Source of the DNA: an uncultured candidate division Zixibacteria bacterium
GTDB taxonomy: Bacteria; Zixibacteria; MSB-5A5; UBA10806
Assembly (NCBI GenBank): GCA_963817915.1
Contig: CAWFQL010000018.1
Coordinates: 1-64,000 of the forward strand
Reading direction: 5' to 3'
Length of the DNA: 64,000 nucleotides
The position numbers were made by a program, and so were the translations under genes. A model generated the notes under the pieces. It saw only the letters and a program-made list of their open reading frames with translations. It was not told where the DNA came from and did no database searches. This document shows, piece after piece, positions 1 through 10,442 of this stretch (the stretch's first letter is position 1; each line of letters starts with the position of its first letter).

Positions 1-1
1 C

Positions 2-232
2 CCTTTCAACTCAGCCACCAAGATCAGCTATGTCCTGCCGCAATCCGGCAATATAAGGCTTTCGATATATAATTTACTCGGCCAGCATATAACCACGCTA
101 TTCGACGGCATTCAGCCCGCCGGTGTTTATTCTCAGAATTGGGACGCTTCAGCTTACCCATCCGGCCTCTACTTCGCGCGATTATCAACTGCAAATGAAG
201 TTCGAAATATAAAGATGATGCTGATGAAATGA
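2..232 (+). CDS. 3' end of a secreted protein with T9SS-CTD/FlgD-like sorting domain (partial)
   Basis: Manual translation from base 2: PFNSATKISYVLPQSGNIRLSIYNLLGQ...SGLYFARL...KMMLMK*, the same tail as other proteins in the window. Confidence 0.85.
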   Translation, partial: PFNSATKISYVLPQSGNIRLSIYNLLGQHITTLFDGIQPAGVYSQNWDASAYPSGLYFARLSTANEVRNIKMMLMK

Positions 233-293
233 TTGTGGTGCTGCTGGTTCCCGGTCGCCCGACCCGACACGATACGCGGCTCAATCATATATA

Positions 294-866
294 TTAATAC
301 TTCCTTATATTTTTCGGAGCAAAACGATTTGCGCCATAATATACCAACAACGCTACTGCCACTCCATAAATCGCCCCGGCAAGGACATCAGTCGGATAAT
401 GAACTCCGAGATAAACCCGGCCAATTGCCACCAATACCGCCAACGGATACATATAATAACGCGATGATTTATAGAATGCCCCGATAATCACCGCCTGCCC
501 GAAAAAATTAGCGGCATGCGACGATGGAAATCCGTATCGTCCTCCGCACCCATCAATCAATCTCAGCCAGGCCAATGACTCCACATGGCAGGGGCGGAGC
601 CTGCCGAACCCCGGTTTTAATAGATAATGTATCGTAAGATCAATAATTACCGCCGTCAGAATTGCCAGTAGAACTACCCATCTACCTTTAGCGCCGCCTT
701 TCCAGAGCATTATCACTATTATCGCGGCGACCGGCCAACGCCAGATCGAAAAATCGCAAATGGTTTTGAAAATGAAATCAAACGCTGAGTAAGCCAGCGT
801 CTGATTGAAAAAATGTAATATCGCGATATCAAAAGGCAAGGGTGTCTCCTCCATTAAGACCGACAA
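294..866 (-). CDS. PAP2 family membrane phosphatase
   Basis: K-x6-RP, FPSSH and GRVYLGVHYPTD motifs; hydrophobic helices. Confidence 0.9.
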   Translation of the reverse strand: MSVLMEETPLPFDIAILHFFNQTLAYSAFDFIFKTICDFSIWRWPVAAIIVIMLWKGGAKGRWVVLLAILTAVIIDLTIHYLLKPGFGRLRPCHVESLAWLRLIDGCGGRYGFPSSHAANFFGQAVIIGAFYKSSRYYMYPLAVLVAIGRVYLGVHYPTDVLAGAIYGVAVALLVYYGANRFAPKNIRKY

Positions 867-915
867 ATTGAATTATAGAAAATTTTCTCCGGATAATAAA
901 TAGGAATCTAACTTT

Positions 916-1842
916 TTATTTCTGGCATTTGGCTAAAAAGCTTTCAACCGCTTTCAATTCAGGAATTCCGTTGCGCCCGCCAAGCCATTGGCATTTGAGC
1001 GCCGCCGTAGCCGAGGCGAATTTCAATATTTTCGGCAGCTCCCAGTTCTTGATAAGGCCGTAAATATACGCCCCGTGAAATACATCGCCTGCGCCGGTCG
1101 TATCGACGACCTCAACCTCAAAGGCTTTTTGTCGGAATATCTCACCCTTTAAATTGGCAGCCACGCATCCATCGGGGCCGCTTGTAATCACGACACTTTT
1201 GAATCCTCGTATCGCGAGCATTAGAATTGCCTTCTCGTTGTCAGATTCCTTAGTGAAATCACTCGAAAATCGCTCTGAGACAACCAGATGATCGACATAA
1301 GGCAAAATTGTATCGATATCTTTGCGCGGCGACCCGGCATCGAGCACAACTTCTCCACCCGAGTTCTTGCAGACAATCGCGGCGGCCCGCGCGGTCGCGG
1401 CCTCTCTTCCGTCTATCAAAAGGTACTTCGCCGATTTAATCAAATCGATATTAATTTGATCCGGCATAATCGCCGCTGTCTCCGTGCGATCCAGGATGAC
1501 TGTACGTTTGCCGGATTTCCGCTCTACTACAATGAATGCGCGTGGAGTCCTTGTATTCCCATCGATTAGCAATCCTTCAATGCCGACTCCGAATTTCACT
1601 AGCTCTTCCGCGATTAATTTTCCATCGTGATCTGAGCCGCATTTTCCTATGAATGATGTAGTCACACCGAATTTTGAAAGAGCACAAAGCGCGGTGGGTA
1701 CCGGCCCGCCGCCCTGACATGAAAAATCTAAAGCGTCTATTTTGTCGTCGAGTTTAGGATATGATTCTACCTGGAAAATATAATCGAGCGCGCATAAACC
1801 CAGGCCAATACAGATCGGCCTAATTGAACTGGATCTGGCCAT
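916..1842 (-). CDS. PfkB family carbohydrate kinase
   Basis: GGG motif near the N-terminus and DTTGAGDVFHG signature. Confidence 0.9.
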   Translation of the reverse strand: MARSSSIRPICIGLGLCALDYIFQVESYPKLDDKIDALDFSCQGGGPVPTALCALSKFGVTTSFIGKCGSDHDGKLIAEELVKFGVGIEGLLIDGNTRTPRAFIVVERKSGKRTVILDRTETAAIMPDQINIDLIKSAKYLLIDGREAATARAAAIVCKNSGGEVVLDAGSPRKDIDTILPYVDHLVVSERFSSDFTKESDNEKAILMLAIRGFKSVVITSGPDGCVAANLKGEIFRQKAFEVEVVDTTGAGDVFHGAYIYGLIKNWELPKILKFASATAALKCQWLGGRNGIPELKAVESFLAKCQK

Positions 1843-2437
1843 TCGTGGCTTCGGTTAATTTGCTCCGGAATGATGCCATGTGAGCAGATCTTACTTCCAC
1901 AAAAAATGTTACCCGGTCGCTATATACAGAATCTTTCAATTCCGCCTCGAATGCCCCGATTACGCTATGGGCGACATTCACGAAATCAAAACTGACCGAA
2001 AATTTTATGTTTTCCATAAAATGCTTCTTTTCGATTTCGCAATCTTTCAGAAGCTCTGTCGCCAAACGGCCGTATGCCCTCATCAATCCGCCAGTGCCTA
2101 ATTTGACACCTCCGAAATATCTGGTAACTACCACGCAAATATTAGAAAGCCTCCGGCCGTCAATAGCCTTCATGATCGGCAGCCCCGCAGTGCCCGATGG
2201 TTCACCGTTATCGCTATATCGGAATTTTTGACCCCGTCCGGCGCCGATCTTCCAGCAAAAACAATTATGGGATGCGTCGTGGAATTCCTTCTTGATCTCA
2301 TCCAAAAAATCGGTTGCCTCATTTTCGGTGGCAACAACTTTCATAGAAGCGATAAATTTGCTTCCTTTGATATTTTCCTCGATGCGGCGAGGCTCCTTAA
2401 CCTGGAAGAATGAATCCGAAGGTTGTTTATGATCCAT
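1820..2437 (-). CDS. yigZ: YigZ/IMPACT family protein
   Basis: IKGSKF, ASHNC, DNGEPSGTAG and VTRYFGGVKLGTGGL motifs. Confidence 0.9.
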   Translation of the reverse strand: MDHKQPSDSFFQVKEPRRIEENIKGSKFIASMKVVATENEATDFLDEIKKEFHDASHNCFCWKIGAGRGQKFRYSDNGEPSGTAGLPIMKAIDGRRLSNICVVVTRYFGGVKLGTGGLMRAYGRLATELLKDCEIEKKHFMENIKFSVSFDFVNVAHSVIGAFEAELKDSVYSDRVTFFVEVRSAHMASFRSKLTEATNGQIQFN

Positions 2438-2690
2438 CGAAGCCCCTTGAAAGATACTGGCCGCAAAGCCGCGAAATTCGGCTCTGGTATATCATTCTGA
2501 AAAGTTCGATATCATTCATATAATTCATAGAATACTCTTCTTCTATCATACGATATTCCTGCAATGCCGTTTCCGAATTTATTTCATGGCACTTGATACG
2601 TTGGCAGAGATAATCAATTCTTGTTCGCAAGGCCAGGTAAATATTATCACGGTCAGTATTATCTGTTCCTAAATTCAATCTTAAGCTCAA
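2427..2690 (-). CDS. hypothetical protein
   Basis: 87 aa ORF overlapping both neighbours in the operon. Confidence 0.6.
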   Translation of the reverse strand: MSLRLNLGTDNTDRDNIYLALRTRIDYLCQRIKCHEINSETALQEYRMIEEEYSMNYMNDIELFRMIYQSRISRLCGQYLSRGFDGS

Positions 2691-3571
2691 ACCATGTATC
2701 TTATTATTTCGTCCACGGATTCGGTTCCTTTGATTAAAACTCCCTGGGCGCTGCTGATTGTTTCATCGTTAAGTATTTTCTCAGGGTCGGCGAAGAATAC
2801 CGGCTTTGCTTGTTTATTTGCGTAATTGACCGTTCTCAATTCACCTTTTCGTTCAACTCCCACTTGAACTACCACGACACCCTTCGATAGCGCCGATATC
2901 AATCGATTTCTAAGTATCAATGAAGGAGATCGAACCTTCTTAAACGGATCCTGCTCTGAAATAACTAATCCGTCGCGGGCGATATTCTCGGCCAGCGGCA
3001 AATTTTCTTTCGGATAAATGTTAAAATGGCCGCATCCCAAAATTGCGATAGTCTTGCCATTTTCTTTTAGGGCTCCCAAATGCGCCGCGCTGTCTATTCC
3101 AATCGCTAAGCCGGAGACTATCCCCAAACCTCTTTGAACAAATTCCTTCGCCAGGTCAACCGCCAGTCTTATTCCGGTTTCTGATGCTCTGGTTGTCCCA
3201 ACCATCGCGACATATTCAAATTCTAGGGCCTTTTTATTTCCCTTCATATACAAAATAGGTGGTGGGTCGTCGATTTTTCGTAGCATTTCCGGATAGTCAT
3301 CATCAAAATACGATGCCACATTAATACCATGGCCTTCAAATCCGTTTAATCTACTCTCGAATTCCGCGATCGATTCCAACGCCTCAAACATCCGGTCGGC
3401 GCCTTTTTCTCCAATACGAGGAATTTCTTCAAAATCCGCGCGAGATGCTTTTATAAGATTCTCCGGGGGCCCGATCGCCAAGAGCAAATGTTGAAATGTC
3501 TTAGGACCGACACCAGCCATTTCCATGATTGCCATTATGATGGATTTTCTGTTTTTTGAAATATTATCCAT
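2687..3571 (-). CDS. dprA: DNA-processing protein DprA
   Basis: YPEMLRKIDDPPPILY, VGTT, VSGLAIGID..AH and RNRLISALS motifs. Confidence 0.9.
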   Translation of the reverse strand: MDNISKNRKSIIMAIMEMAGVGPKTFQHLLLAIGPPENLIKASRADFEEIPRIGEKGADRMFEALESIAEFESRLNGFEGHGINVASYFDDDYPEMLRKIDDPPPILYMKGNKKALEFEYVAMVGTTRASETGIRLAVDLAKEFVQRGLGIVSGLAIGIDSAAHLGALKENGKTIAILGCGHFNIYPKENLPLAENIARDGLVISEQDPFKKVRSPSLILRNRLISALSKGVVVVQVGVERKGELRTVNYANKQAKPVFFADPEKILNDETISSAQGVLIKGTESVDEIIRYMV

Positions 3572-3600
3572 AATTACGGGCTGATATTAATTAAATAGCA

Positions 3601-4389
3601 TTAGCGGCCGGTCGTAAAATTCCAGATAAATTCCTCGGCAGGATTACCCGAAAGATCTTTGAAGCCCATTGACCTGTTGCTATTGACTTGGAATTCATAT
3701 TTTATTTCGGGATACAAATGAAGTTTTATTTTAAATGAGAAAGCTACCGGATCATAGATGACTTCTCCGTAGCGGCTCCACATTTTTTCAGGCTTCGCGT
3801 GAATAGAAAATGTAGAGGGATTCATTGGCTTGGAGAATTTAATAACCATTTCGACAAATTGGCCGACTCCGGTCGTATCTGGAGGAGGAAATACCGAGAT
3901 TACCCTTGGAGTTGCTTTATCAGGTGATATTATTAATCTCGAGAGTTCGGGAATTGCGGCAAGAAGCTCATTCATGCTTGAAAAAATATAAGAATTATAG
4001 AGAACTGCTTGTGCCGAATCGGCGGCGTCCAGATATTTCAGATCAAGAGTCAAAAGGCCGTCCGATGAAGAAACATGCCCGAAAACCGCACCCTTGGCGC
4101 CGAGCGCATTCGTTACCGTCTTGAGGTCCTTCAACATGTAATTCAGATCGCTTTCGTCAAATTTCTTGGCCTGTATCAATTTATTGAAAAGGTCGCGCGA
4201 TACCAATTCGCCGCCGTCATGGCTGACACGCATTCTCAACGAATCCCCGATTATTCCAGACTTAGATGATGCCGTACCACTGCAATCAAAATTGAGAATC
4301 AGCAGTTTCCCCGTCTGCTGGGCAAATAGATTTCCTTGCGTTATGGAAATGCCAAGCGCCAGTAAAATCTTTAATAAGGTGGATTTCAT
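3601..4389 (-). CDS. secreted protein with C-terminal Ig-like (Big_5/SbsA-like) domain
   Basis: Signal peptide; PRVISVFP...IKFSKPMN...KDLSGN....WNFTT pattern. Confidence 0.7.
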   Translation of the reverse strand: MKSTLLKILLALGISITQGNLFAQQTGKLLILNFDCSGTASSKSGIIGDSLRMRVSHDGGELVSRDLFNKLIQAKKFDESDLNYMLKDLKTVTNALGAKGAVFGHVSSSDGLLTLDLKYLDAADSAQAVLYNSYIFSSMNELLAAIPELSRLIISPDKATPRVISVFPPPDTTGVGQFVEMVIKFSKPMNPSTFSIHAKPEKMWSRYGEVIYDPVAFSFKIKLHLYPEIKYEFQVNSNRSMGFKDLSGNPAEEFIWNFTTGR

Positions 4390-4420
4390 ATCTGTAATAT
4401 AGGAAATTACTTGTTAAACG

Positions 4421-5704
4421 TCAATTGGTCTGAGCGACCATTCCTTCCTGATATGGATAGTCAAGGTATTGAAGATATTCCGAGACTATCTGATTGAATT
4501 CTGCCCGATATATTTCATTTACCGGCAATGCCGCCGGCAATATCATCCTAAGAGGATCTACAAACCTGCCATTTTTCTCCATTCGATAGTCCAGATGAGG
4601 CCCAGTCGCATCTCCGGTCATTCCCACATATCCAAGCACCTGTCCCTGCAGTATCTTTTCGCCTCTTTTAATATCTTTCGAAAATCCCCTCAAGTGCCCA
4701 TAACCTGTTATCAATCCGAATGAATGTTTTACTTCGACATAATTTCCGAAGCCGCTTTTCCAGCCCTTATAGGTTACTGTACCGTCGCCTGCCGAAACAA
4801 CCGGCGTTCCAAATGGTGCGGCATAATCGACTCCGAGATGCGGTCTATATACTTTGTAAATAGGGTGGAGTCTTCTAAATGAAAAGCGCGATGATATCCG
4901 TCGATAATTCAATGGCGACTTTAATAAAGCCTTTCTTAACGAATATCCCTTTTCATCGTAGTAATCCTTATGTCCGGCCGAGTCGATATACAAAAAAGCC
5001 CTGTGCGTGATTTTATCCGCTATATATTCGGCCGCCAGTATATTTCCTGTTTTTATAAACTGACCATCCTTTACGAAGACTTCGTATATAAGCTTAAATC
5101 CATCGCCCGCCTTGGATTCAGTCAAAAAATCAACTTCCCAGCCGAAAATATCAACCATATCGCTTATCAGACTCTGATCCGGTAATAATGGCGACATAGC
5201 TTCCCAAAGGTTGCTTTTTATTATGCCGCTGGATATCTGAATACTTCGTTCATATCCCAGCGAATCTATTGTCTCAATAAAATCGCTTCCTTCTCGATCA
5301 AGCCTGTATTTTTTCCAATCCTTCGTGACATATTCAAACGCAAGCACGGAATCGTCGCGACCCACGAATAGCTGGAAGCTATCTCCCGGATGCGAATTGG
5401 TTAGATTAAACAAATGGGAGAAGCGATCTGTAAGGTTGGCTATCAATGCTCCCGGCAAATCCAAATTCAACAATTCCGCATACAAATTCGAGTTCCTGGT
5501 AATGCTTCCTTTATATATGGTTTTTACACTCAATGTCTCAGGCGGCGCGATTAGCTCGCCATCCGTTTCATTTTGAACCAATACCGGTTGCCCCGCCTGA
5601 TAAAGGATTCCCGCGAAAACGATTACCAGAATTATCGATAGGGCAGAAGCTATCTTCGCCTTAATCCTGGGCCAGTCGCCCGGCTTACGATATAATATTC
5701 CCAT
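4421..5704 (-). CDS. M23 family peptidoglycan endopeptidase
   Basis: HLGVD, YGHL and TGPHLDY motifs; N-terminal TM helix. Confidence 0.9.
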   Translation of the reverse strand: MGILYRKPGDWPRIKAKIASALSIILVIVFAGILYQAGQPVLVQNETDGELIAPPETLSVKTIYKGSITRNSNLYAELLNLDLPGALIANLTDRFSHLFNLTNSHPGDSFQLFVGRDDSVLAFEYVTKDWKKYRLDREGSDFIETIDSLGYERSIQISSGIIKSNLWEAMSPLLPDQSLISDMVDIFGWEVDFLTESKAGDGFKLIYEVFVKDGQFIKTGNILAAEYIADKITHRAFLYIDSAGHKDYYDEKGYSLRKALLKSPLNYRRISSRFSFRRLHPIYKVYRPHLGVDYAAPFGTPVVSAGDGTVTYKGWKSGFGNYVEVKHSFGLITGYGHLRGFSKDIKRGEKILQGQVLGYVGMTGDATGPHLDYRMEKNGRFVDPLRMILPAALPVNEIYRAEFNQIVSEYLQYLDYPYQEGMVAQTN

Positions 5705-7287
5705 TATTTTCCCTCTCCAAAAATCTCCGCTTGAAATACATAAATTTCGGTTTTTTCATCTTTCCAAGCGTCCTTCGAAAGTCCCGCCTTGAGGCAGGTC
5801 TGTTCCAGAAATTGCTTTCTTTCCCAACCCCATTCAACCGGTACTTGCGGCAGAAGCACTCCCGAATTATAACCCTGCTTCATATATAGGCCATCTCTCC
5901 CTACCACCACGGAATCGGGATTATATACCCTCTTCATCGGCGATAAAACCGAAATCTCAATATTCAAATTAATTATTTCCTTTGGCGTGACCGGCGAGAA
6001 ACGGGGGTCGGAAAACGCCGCTTCGCGCGCCATATTGGCTATAGTCTTGTAAAGAGGCTCGCTCGCCACGAATGTCCCTATGCATCCCCGCAGTTCCTCG
6101 AATTCGGTCAGGGTCACAAATGCCCCTAATTTCAGGCCCAATGCCTTGGAAATTGAATCTGGATAATACGGGCTCTTATTCTCAAAATATGTCTGAATCG
6201 ATTTTCTTGCGATCTCAAGTAACGTAAACTTGTCATTAGATGATAGTCCGAATTCCACGCCACTTGCCATATTATTATGTAAATCAGCGTCTTTTGCTGG
6301 GGCGGCTGCAGGCTTCGACCCTAAAGTATCTTCGATTTCGTATGTTTTAGCTTCATTTGAATCGTAAATGACTGCCGATAGATAGCCAACTACATTCGAT
6401 TTATCACCGGTAACATCGCCGGAATTTTTCAGGTCCGTTATTTTTATCGAATTCGCTCCTAATTCCTTGGATGCAATCATTGCCGCTATAATTGGTCCGC
6501 CGCCGCATGCTTCGGCTTTGCCATCCGCTAAATCTTCGGCCAATCTTGCGTAATCGAATCCGCCCAAATCCTTAGCTATTACCGAATCAAGATGCCCGGC
6601 AGTCTTGGAATCATGAAAATGAGAAAGATCGCTTGAGGCTACAATCAATATATCATTACGCCCGATAATCGAACTCGATATCGCCCTGCCCAATGATTCA
6701 CATGTACTATAATCCTGATCGCCCATTATTAAGGCTACCAGCTTGAATTTGCCCAACGTCGTCTGCAAAAATGGCAGTTGAACCTCGAGGGCATGCTCCG
6801 ACCCGCTATTGCTTTTGTAATGACCATCGCGGGAAAATGAAATAATGTCGCTTGATGATACTATTTTCTCGGTCAAATCTCGATCTATCGGGATTTCGCC
6901 GAACGGTGTCGCGTAAGCTTTACCATCAAATGCCGAGACACCTCTAAAATAAAGCGTATGAGAAGGGGAAATTACGATTACTGTCCCGTATTCCTCACCC
7001 TCCAATATTTTATAACCCTTTGCAGCTATCTGACCTGAATAAATATATCCGGCGTGCGGCGAGATTATGGCGACCGGCCGTCCAGATATCTGCGGTTTTG
7101 GAGCCGAATGAAAGAATTCGGCGATCATCTTGGCCAGCTCGTTGGGCGCGCCCGGATAAAATTTCCCGGCTACGGCCGGCGGCCTTACATACGTCGTATC
7201 GGCGTTATTCACATTCCCCTCCTTTCTGGCATTTGCACATGAGAATGACGCGATTATTAATATAGCGGTCAATAACAATCGATTCAT
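5704..7287 (-). CDS. AmmeMemoRadiSam protein B (MEMO1) - protein A (AMMECR1) fusion
   Basis: VAGKFYP, PHAGYIYSG, EHALEVQLPFL, SSDLSH, ACG; then GAFVTL, LRGCIG, DPRF, LLPQV. Confidence 0.9.
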   Translation of the reverse strand: MNRLLLTAILIIASFSCANARKEGNVNNADTTYVRPPAVAGKFYPGAPNELAKMIAEFFHSAPKPQISGRPVAIISPHAGYIYSGQIAAKGYKILEGEEYGTVIVISPSHTLYFRGVSAFDGKAYATPFGEIPIDRDLTEKIVSSSDIISFSRDGHYKSNSGSEHALEVQLPFLQTTLGKFKLVALIMGDQDYSTCESLGRAISSSIIGRNDILIVASSDLSHFHDSKTAGHLDSVIAKDLGGFDYARLAEDLADGKAEACGGGPIIAAMIASKELGANSIKITDLKNSGDVTGDKSNVVGYLSAVIYDSNEAKTYEIEDTLGSKPAAAPAKDADLHNNMASGVEFGLSSNDKFTLLEIARKSIQTYFENKSPYYPDSISKALGLKLGAFVTLTEFEELRGCIGTFVASEPLYKTIANMAREAAFSDPRFSPVTPKEIINLNIEISVLSPMKRVYNPDSVVVGRDGLYMKQGYNSGVLLPQVPVEWGWERKQFLEQTCLKAGLSKDAWKDEKTEIYVFQAEIFGEGK

Positions 7288-7563
7288 TAATTCATCACTC
7301 CTTTTTGATGATAATTTTCCTGGTAATGGCTGTCAAGGTTTTTTGCCTTCATTTTTATCCAAAAGTGAATATTAATAATTTGAAAAATCAATAAAGTGCG
7401 CAAGATTTCGCAACTAATCCTGGATTTCAACTTTGTTCTGCATCTTCAGAAAATGAAATTGCATCTGTTAATAAAAAATACTTGCAGGGTTATTAATTCT
7501 CTGCTATTATCAATCAACGATATGAATGCTTCGCTTTAATGATTTGATTTGGGATAAAATTAA

Positions 7564-8052
7564 ATGAAGAAATCGTTAGTCGGTGATCCGATACTATGGC
7601 CTGGTTTGGTGTATTCGCCTTTGAATGAAGCCGGCCTCATATTTGCATTAGGAACTGTGGCAGATTCACTGGGGCTTAAATTTGAAGAGTTCCCCCAAGA
7701 TGGTACTGCTATTTGTAGAAGAAGAACCGAATCGGGATGGGAAAAAATCAAGATTGCGCTTGCCATCAAGAGTTCCGATTTCAAAGATTGGGTGGATGAC
7801 ATCGATCTTCTGATTTGCTGGGAGGACGATCTGCCCGATAGCGAGCGTCAACCGAGAATTGTGCTTTCTCAAATCGCGCTTAATAATATCGAAAAAAAAT
7901 CTCCATCCGAGGGAGAATCCAAACTACTTGATGATATAATGCCGCCTGAGGCCGCTGAATCGCTCTACTTGCGCGGTAAGAGTCGTGAGAATTTCGAAGA
8001 AACCGTCAGACAGTTGGACCGACAGATAAAAAAGATGAAGAGCGGCGAATAA
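7564..8052 (+). CDS. hypothetical protein, possible degenerate PD-(D/E)XK-like fold
   Basis: 162 aa ORF; PLNEAGLIF and DLLICWED motifs; upstream TTGCAG-17-TATTAT. Confidence 0.55.
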   Translation: MKKSLVGDPILWPGLVYSPLNEAGLIFALGTVADSLGLKFEEFPQDGTAICRRRTESGWEKIKIALAIKSSDFKDWVDDIDLLICWEDDLPDSERQPRIVLSQIALNNIEKKSPSEGESKLLDDIMPPEAAESLYLRGKSRENFEETVRQLDRQIKKMKSGE

Positions 8053-8219
8053 TCGCTTGCTTTTGATGGTTTCGTTTATAATATTGACACTGGACTAATT
8101 AGTACTAGTCCCTGCATTTTATCTTAAAACGGCGCGTTCTTTTTAAAAACGACTACAATTATGATGTTTTGGGTATTGGATAACAAAATCTATAAAAACC
8201 ATAAGACTGGAGATCTTTT

Positions 8220-10424
8220 ATGCTGAGGGGCAGAACAATCATGACATTGTCTGTGCTTGTCCTGGGCGGAATGTTAAGTCTGTGTTGGTTTTCTAATGTC
8301 TTTGCGCAGGACCCGGGAGTCCCCGATTCATTAATTATCGGAAATCTCAATCGAACTCCGATTCTCGCTGGACTGAATTCTCGTGTCGTCGTCCCGGTTT
8401 ACGCCAAGACCGATGACTCCGTTACTTTCGCCCATATCCCTGTGGCTACCGATAATAATTATGTGGCCACTCGAGATAGTGGAGCGTTTTTCCCGCCAAT
8501 GTCTCTCTGGGATTTGAAATTGTTTATGCAGCCCGATCAGAACAGCCCAACAGTAGGATATACAAGTCAAAGTATCGTAGGGTTCGCCTATCTTTCCGAT
8601 CCCCGAGATCCTCAAAATTTCCTCATGACCAATGGTCAATGGGTACATATCGCCAATTTCTTTTTGTATACTACTAATGATATCAACGCCCTCGGAGATA
8701 CCATGCATTTCGCGGCCGGCTTTAATCCTGCGAATGGTGGCTTACTAATGGGGCTGTCAGATGGAACCTCGGAAATCCATCCATTGGTAGTATGGGGCTC
8801 GCTCTATTTCCCGCCCAATACCCCGCCGGTTTTTACAGAGCCCGTTGCCGATACCATCCCGCTTAATGAGCAGTTCGGCATATGCTTTAATGTTACCGCT
8901 ACCGATGCTGACACGAATAATCTCGTTCTGACCGCCGATTTCGGCCCGACAGATTACACATTCACTCAAATTCAGAATATCCCGGGACGAATTTCCTATA
9001 GATTCTGCTGGTCGCCATCCGCGGGAAGCGCCGGGACTTATCCATTATCATTTACTGTTAATGATGGTAACGGCGGTGTGGTTACAAGGGACATCGTCTT
9101 TGTTGTCAGTCCTGCCGGTCTATCCATCGGCAATATAAGCGCTCTACCCGGTTCGACTATTTCGCTTCCTGTCTCTCTCGAAAATCCGGGAAGGACATCA
9201 ACAGTCGGAGGATTTGAGATTCTGGTCAATTGGAATACGACCGCGCTCACTCTCAACGGGATCACCAGGGGAGGGAGAACCGGTAGTTTCGAATACTTCC
9301 GCGTTAATAACGGCGATGCCGGAGAAGGCACTTCAAGAATCACGGGGATTGCCGATATCAGAAATGGCGTTGTTTCGCCACCATTACAGCCAGGTAATGG
9401 CCCGATTTTCTTCCTGGAATTCTCAGTTTCACCTGATGAATCAATGATTGGAGTCGATCTTCCAGTGATCTTCCTGAATCTCGATCAAACTGATAATACT
9501 CTCTCGGATTCTACCGGCTATCTGCTTGTGCATCCCAATCTTACTAATGGTTTGGTTTCCATCATCGGCCCGGATGATTTTATTACTGGTGATATCAACC
9601 TTAATGGAGTACCATACGAGATTGCCGACGTAGTTTTATATGTCAATCACCTCACCGATAATATAGGATTTCCGTTCAACCCAATCCAGGTTGAAGCTTC
9701 AGACGTCAACGCCGATGGTATTCCTGAGACTGTTGCCGATCTTGTATATCTTATTAATATAGTCGCCGGAATTATTCAGCCGCCTGGAAAATTAGAGCCA
9801 ATTGATGCTAACGCTATTGTCGCTTTAATTGATCAGAACGGTTCGACCGATTTCCGATTAGACTCACCTGTTGAAATGGGCGCTGTATTGTTGTCGATCT
9901 CTCATCCTCAGGGTCGGGAGATAATCCCCACGTCAGATGGCCCCTTCACTTTGTCTTACCATGATAACGGCAATACGCTGACCGTTTTGGCCTATCTGCC
10001 GCAGGGTGGGGGAGTATCTTCGGGAAATACCAAATTATTCACCCTTACCGGCAATTATACCGATCAGTCTATATCCGAAATGTCTTCATCGGATTCCAGA
10101 GGTCATCTTGTTAATATATCAAGCCGCCTGGAAGCTCCGATTCCCTCCAGCTTTGAATTATCGCAAAACTATCCCAATCCTTTTAATTCGTCTACGTTCA
10201 TAAAATTCGGCTTGCCGACTGAGGGCGATGTTAGATTGGATGTGTTCAATCTGGTCGGGCAGAAGGTTACGACTCTGATAGATTCCCGTCTAAGCCCGGG
10301 CTGGCATAATCTTATCTGGAACGGCACGAACGATCGAGGTGAAATTGTTACATCGGGTATATATTATTATCGACTCGTGACCGCGGATAATACTCAAATC
10401 ATGAAAATGACTTTGTTGAAATAG
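8220..10424 (+). CDS. secreted modular protein: N-domain, cadherin/Ig, cohesin-like, internal dockerin, sorting CTD
   Basis: Signal peptide then QDPGVPDS; ATDAD..VNDG Ig unit; LPVSL..VGGFEI cohesin-like; GDINLNG / SDVNADG Ca-loop pair; NYPNPFN...MTLLK. Confidence 0.8.
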   Translation: MLRGRTIMTLSVLVLGGMLSLCWFSNVFAQDPGVPDSLIIGNLNRTPILAGLNSRVVVPVYAKTDDSVTFAHIPVATDNNYVATRDSGAFFPPMSLWDLKLFMQPDQNSPTVGYTSQSIVGFAYLSDPRDPQNFLMTNGQWVHIANFFLYTTNDINALGDTMHFAAGFNPANGGLLMGLSDGTSEIHPLVVWGSLYFPPNTPPVFTEPVADTIPLNEQFGICFNVTATDADTNNLVLTADFGPTDYTFTQIQNIPGRISYRFCWSPSAGSAGTYPLSFTVNDGNGGVVTRDIVFVVSPAGLSIGNISALPGSTISLPVSLENPGRTSTVGGFEILVNWNTTALTLNGITRGGRTGSFEYFRVNNGDAGEGTSRITGIADIRNGVVSPPLQPGNGPIFFLEFSVSPDESMIGVDLPVIFLNLDQTDNTLSDSTGYLLVHPNLTNGLVSIIGPDDFITGDINLNGVPYEIADVVLYVNHLTDNIGFPFNPIQVEASDVNADGIPETVADLVYLINIVAGIIQPPGKLEPIDANAIVALIDQNGSTDFRLDSPVEMGAVLLSISHPQGREIIPTSDGPFTLSYHDNGNTLTVLAYLPQGGGVSSGNTKLFTLTGNYTDQSISEMSSSDSRGHLVNISSRLEAPIPSSFELSQNYPNPFNSSTFIKFGLPTEGDVRLDVFNLVGQKVTTLIDSRLSPGWHNLIWNGTNDRGEIVTSGIYYYRLVTADNTQIMKMTLLK

Positions 10425-10442
10425 AACTAAAGGAAGATTGCC

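Noticed and set aside
24..487. ORFs 24-284 (-) and 233-487 (+) from the track
   Set aside because: They overlap the better-supported CTD gene end and the PAP2 gene, and show no motifs
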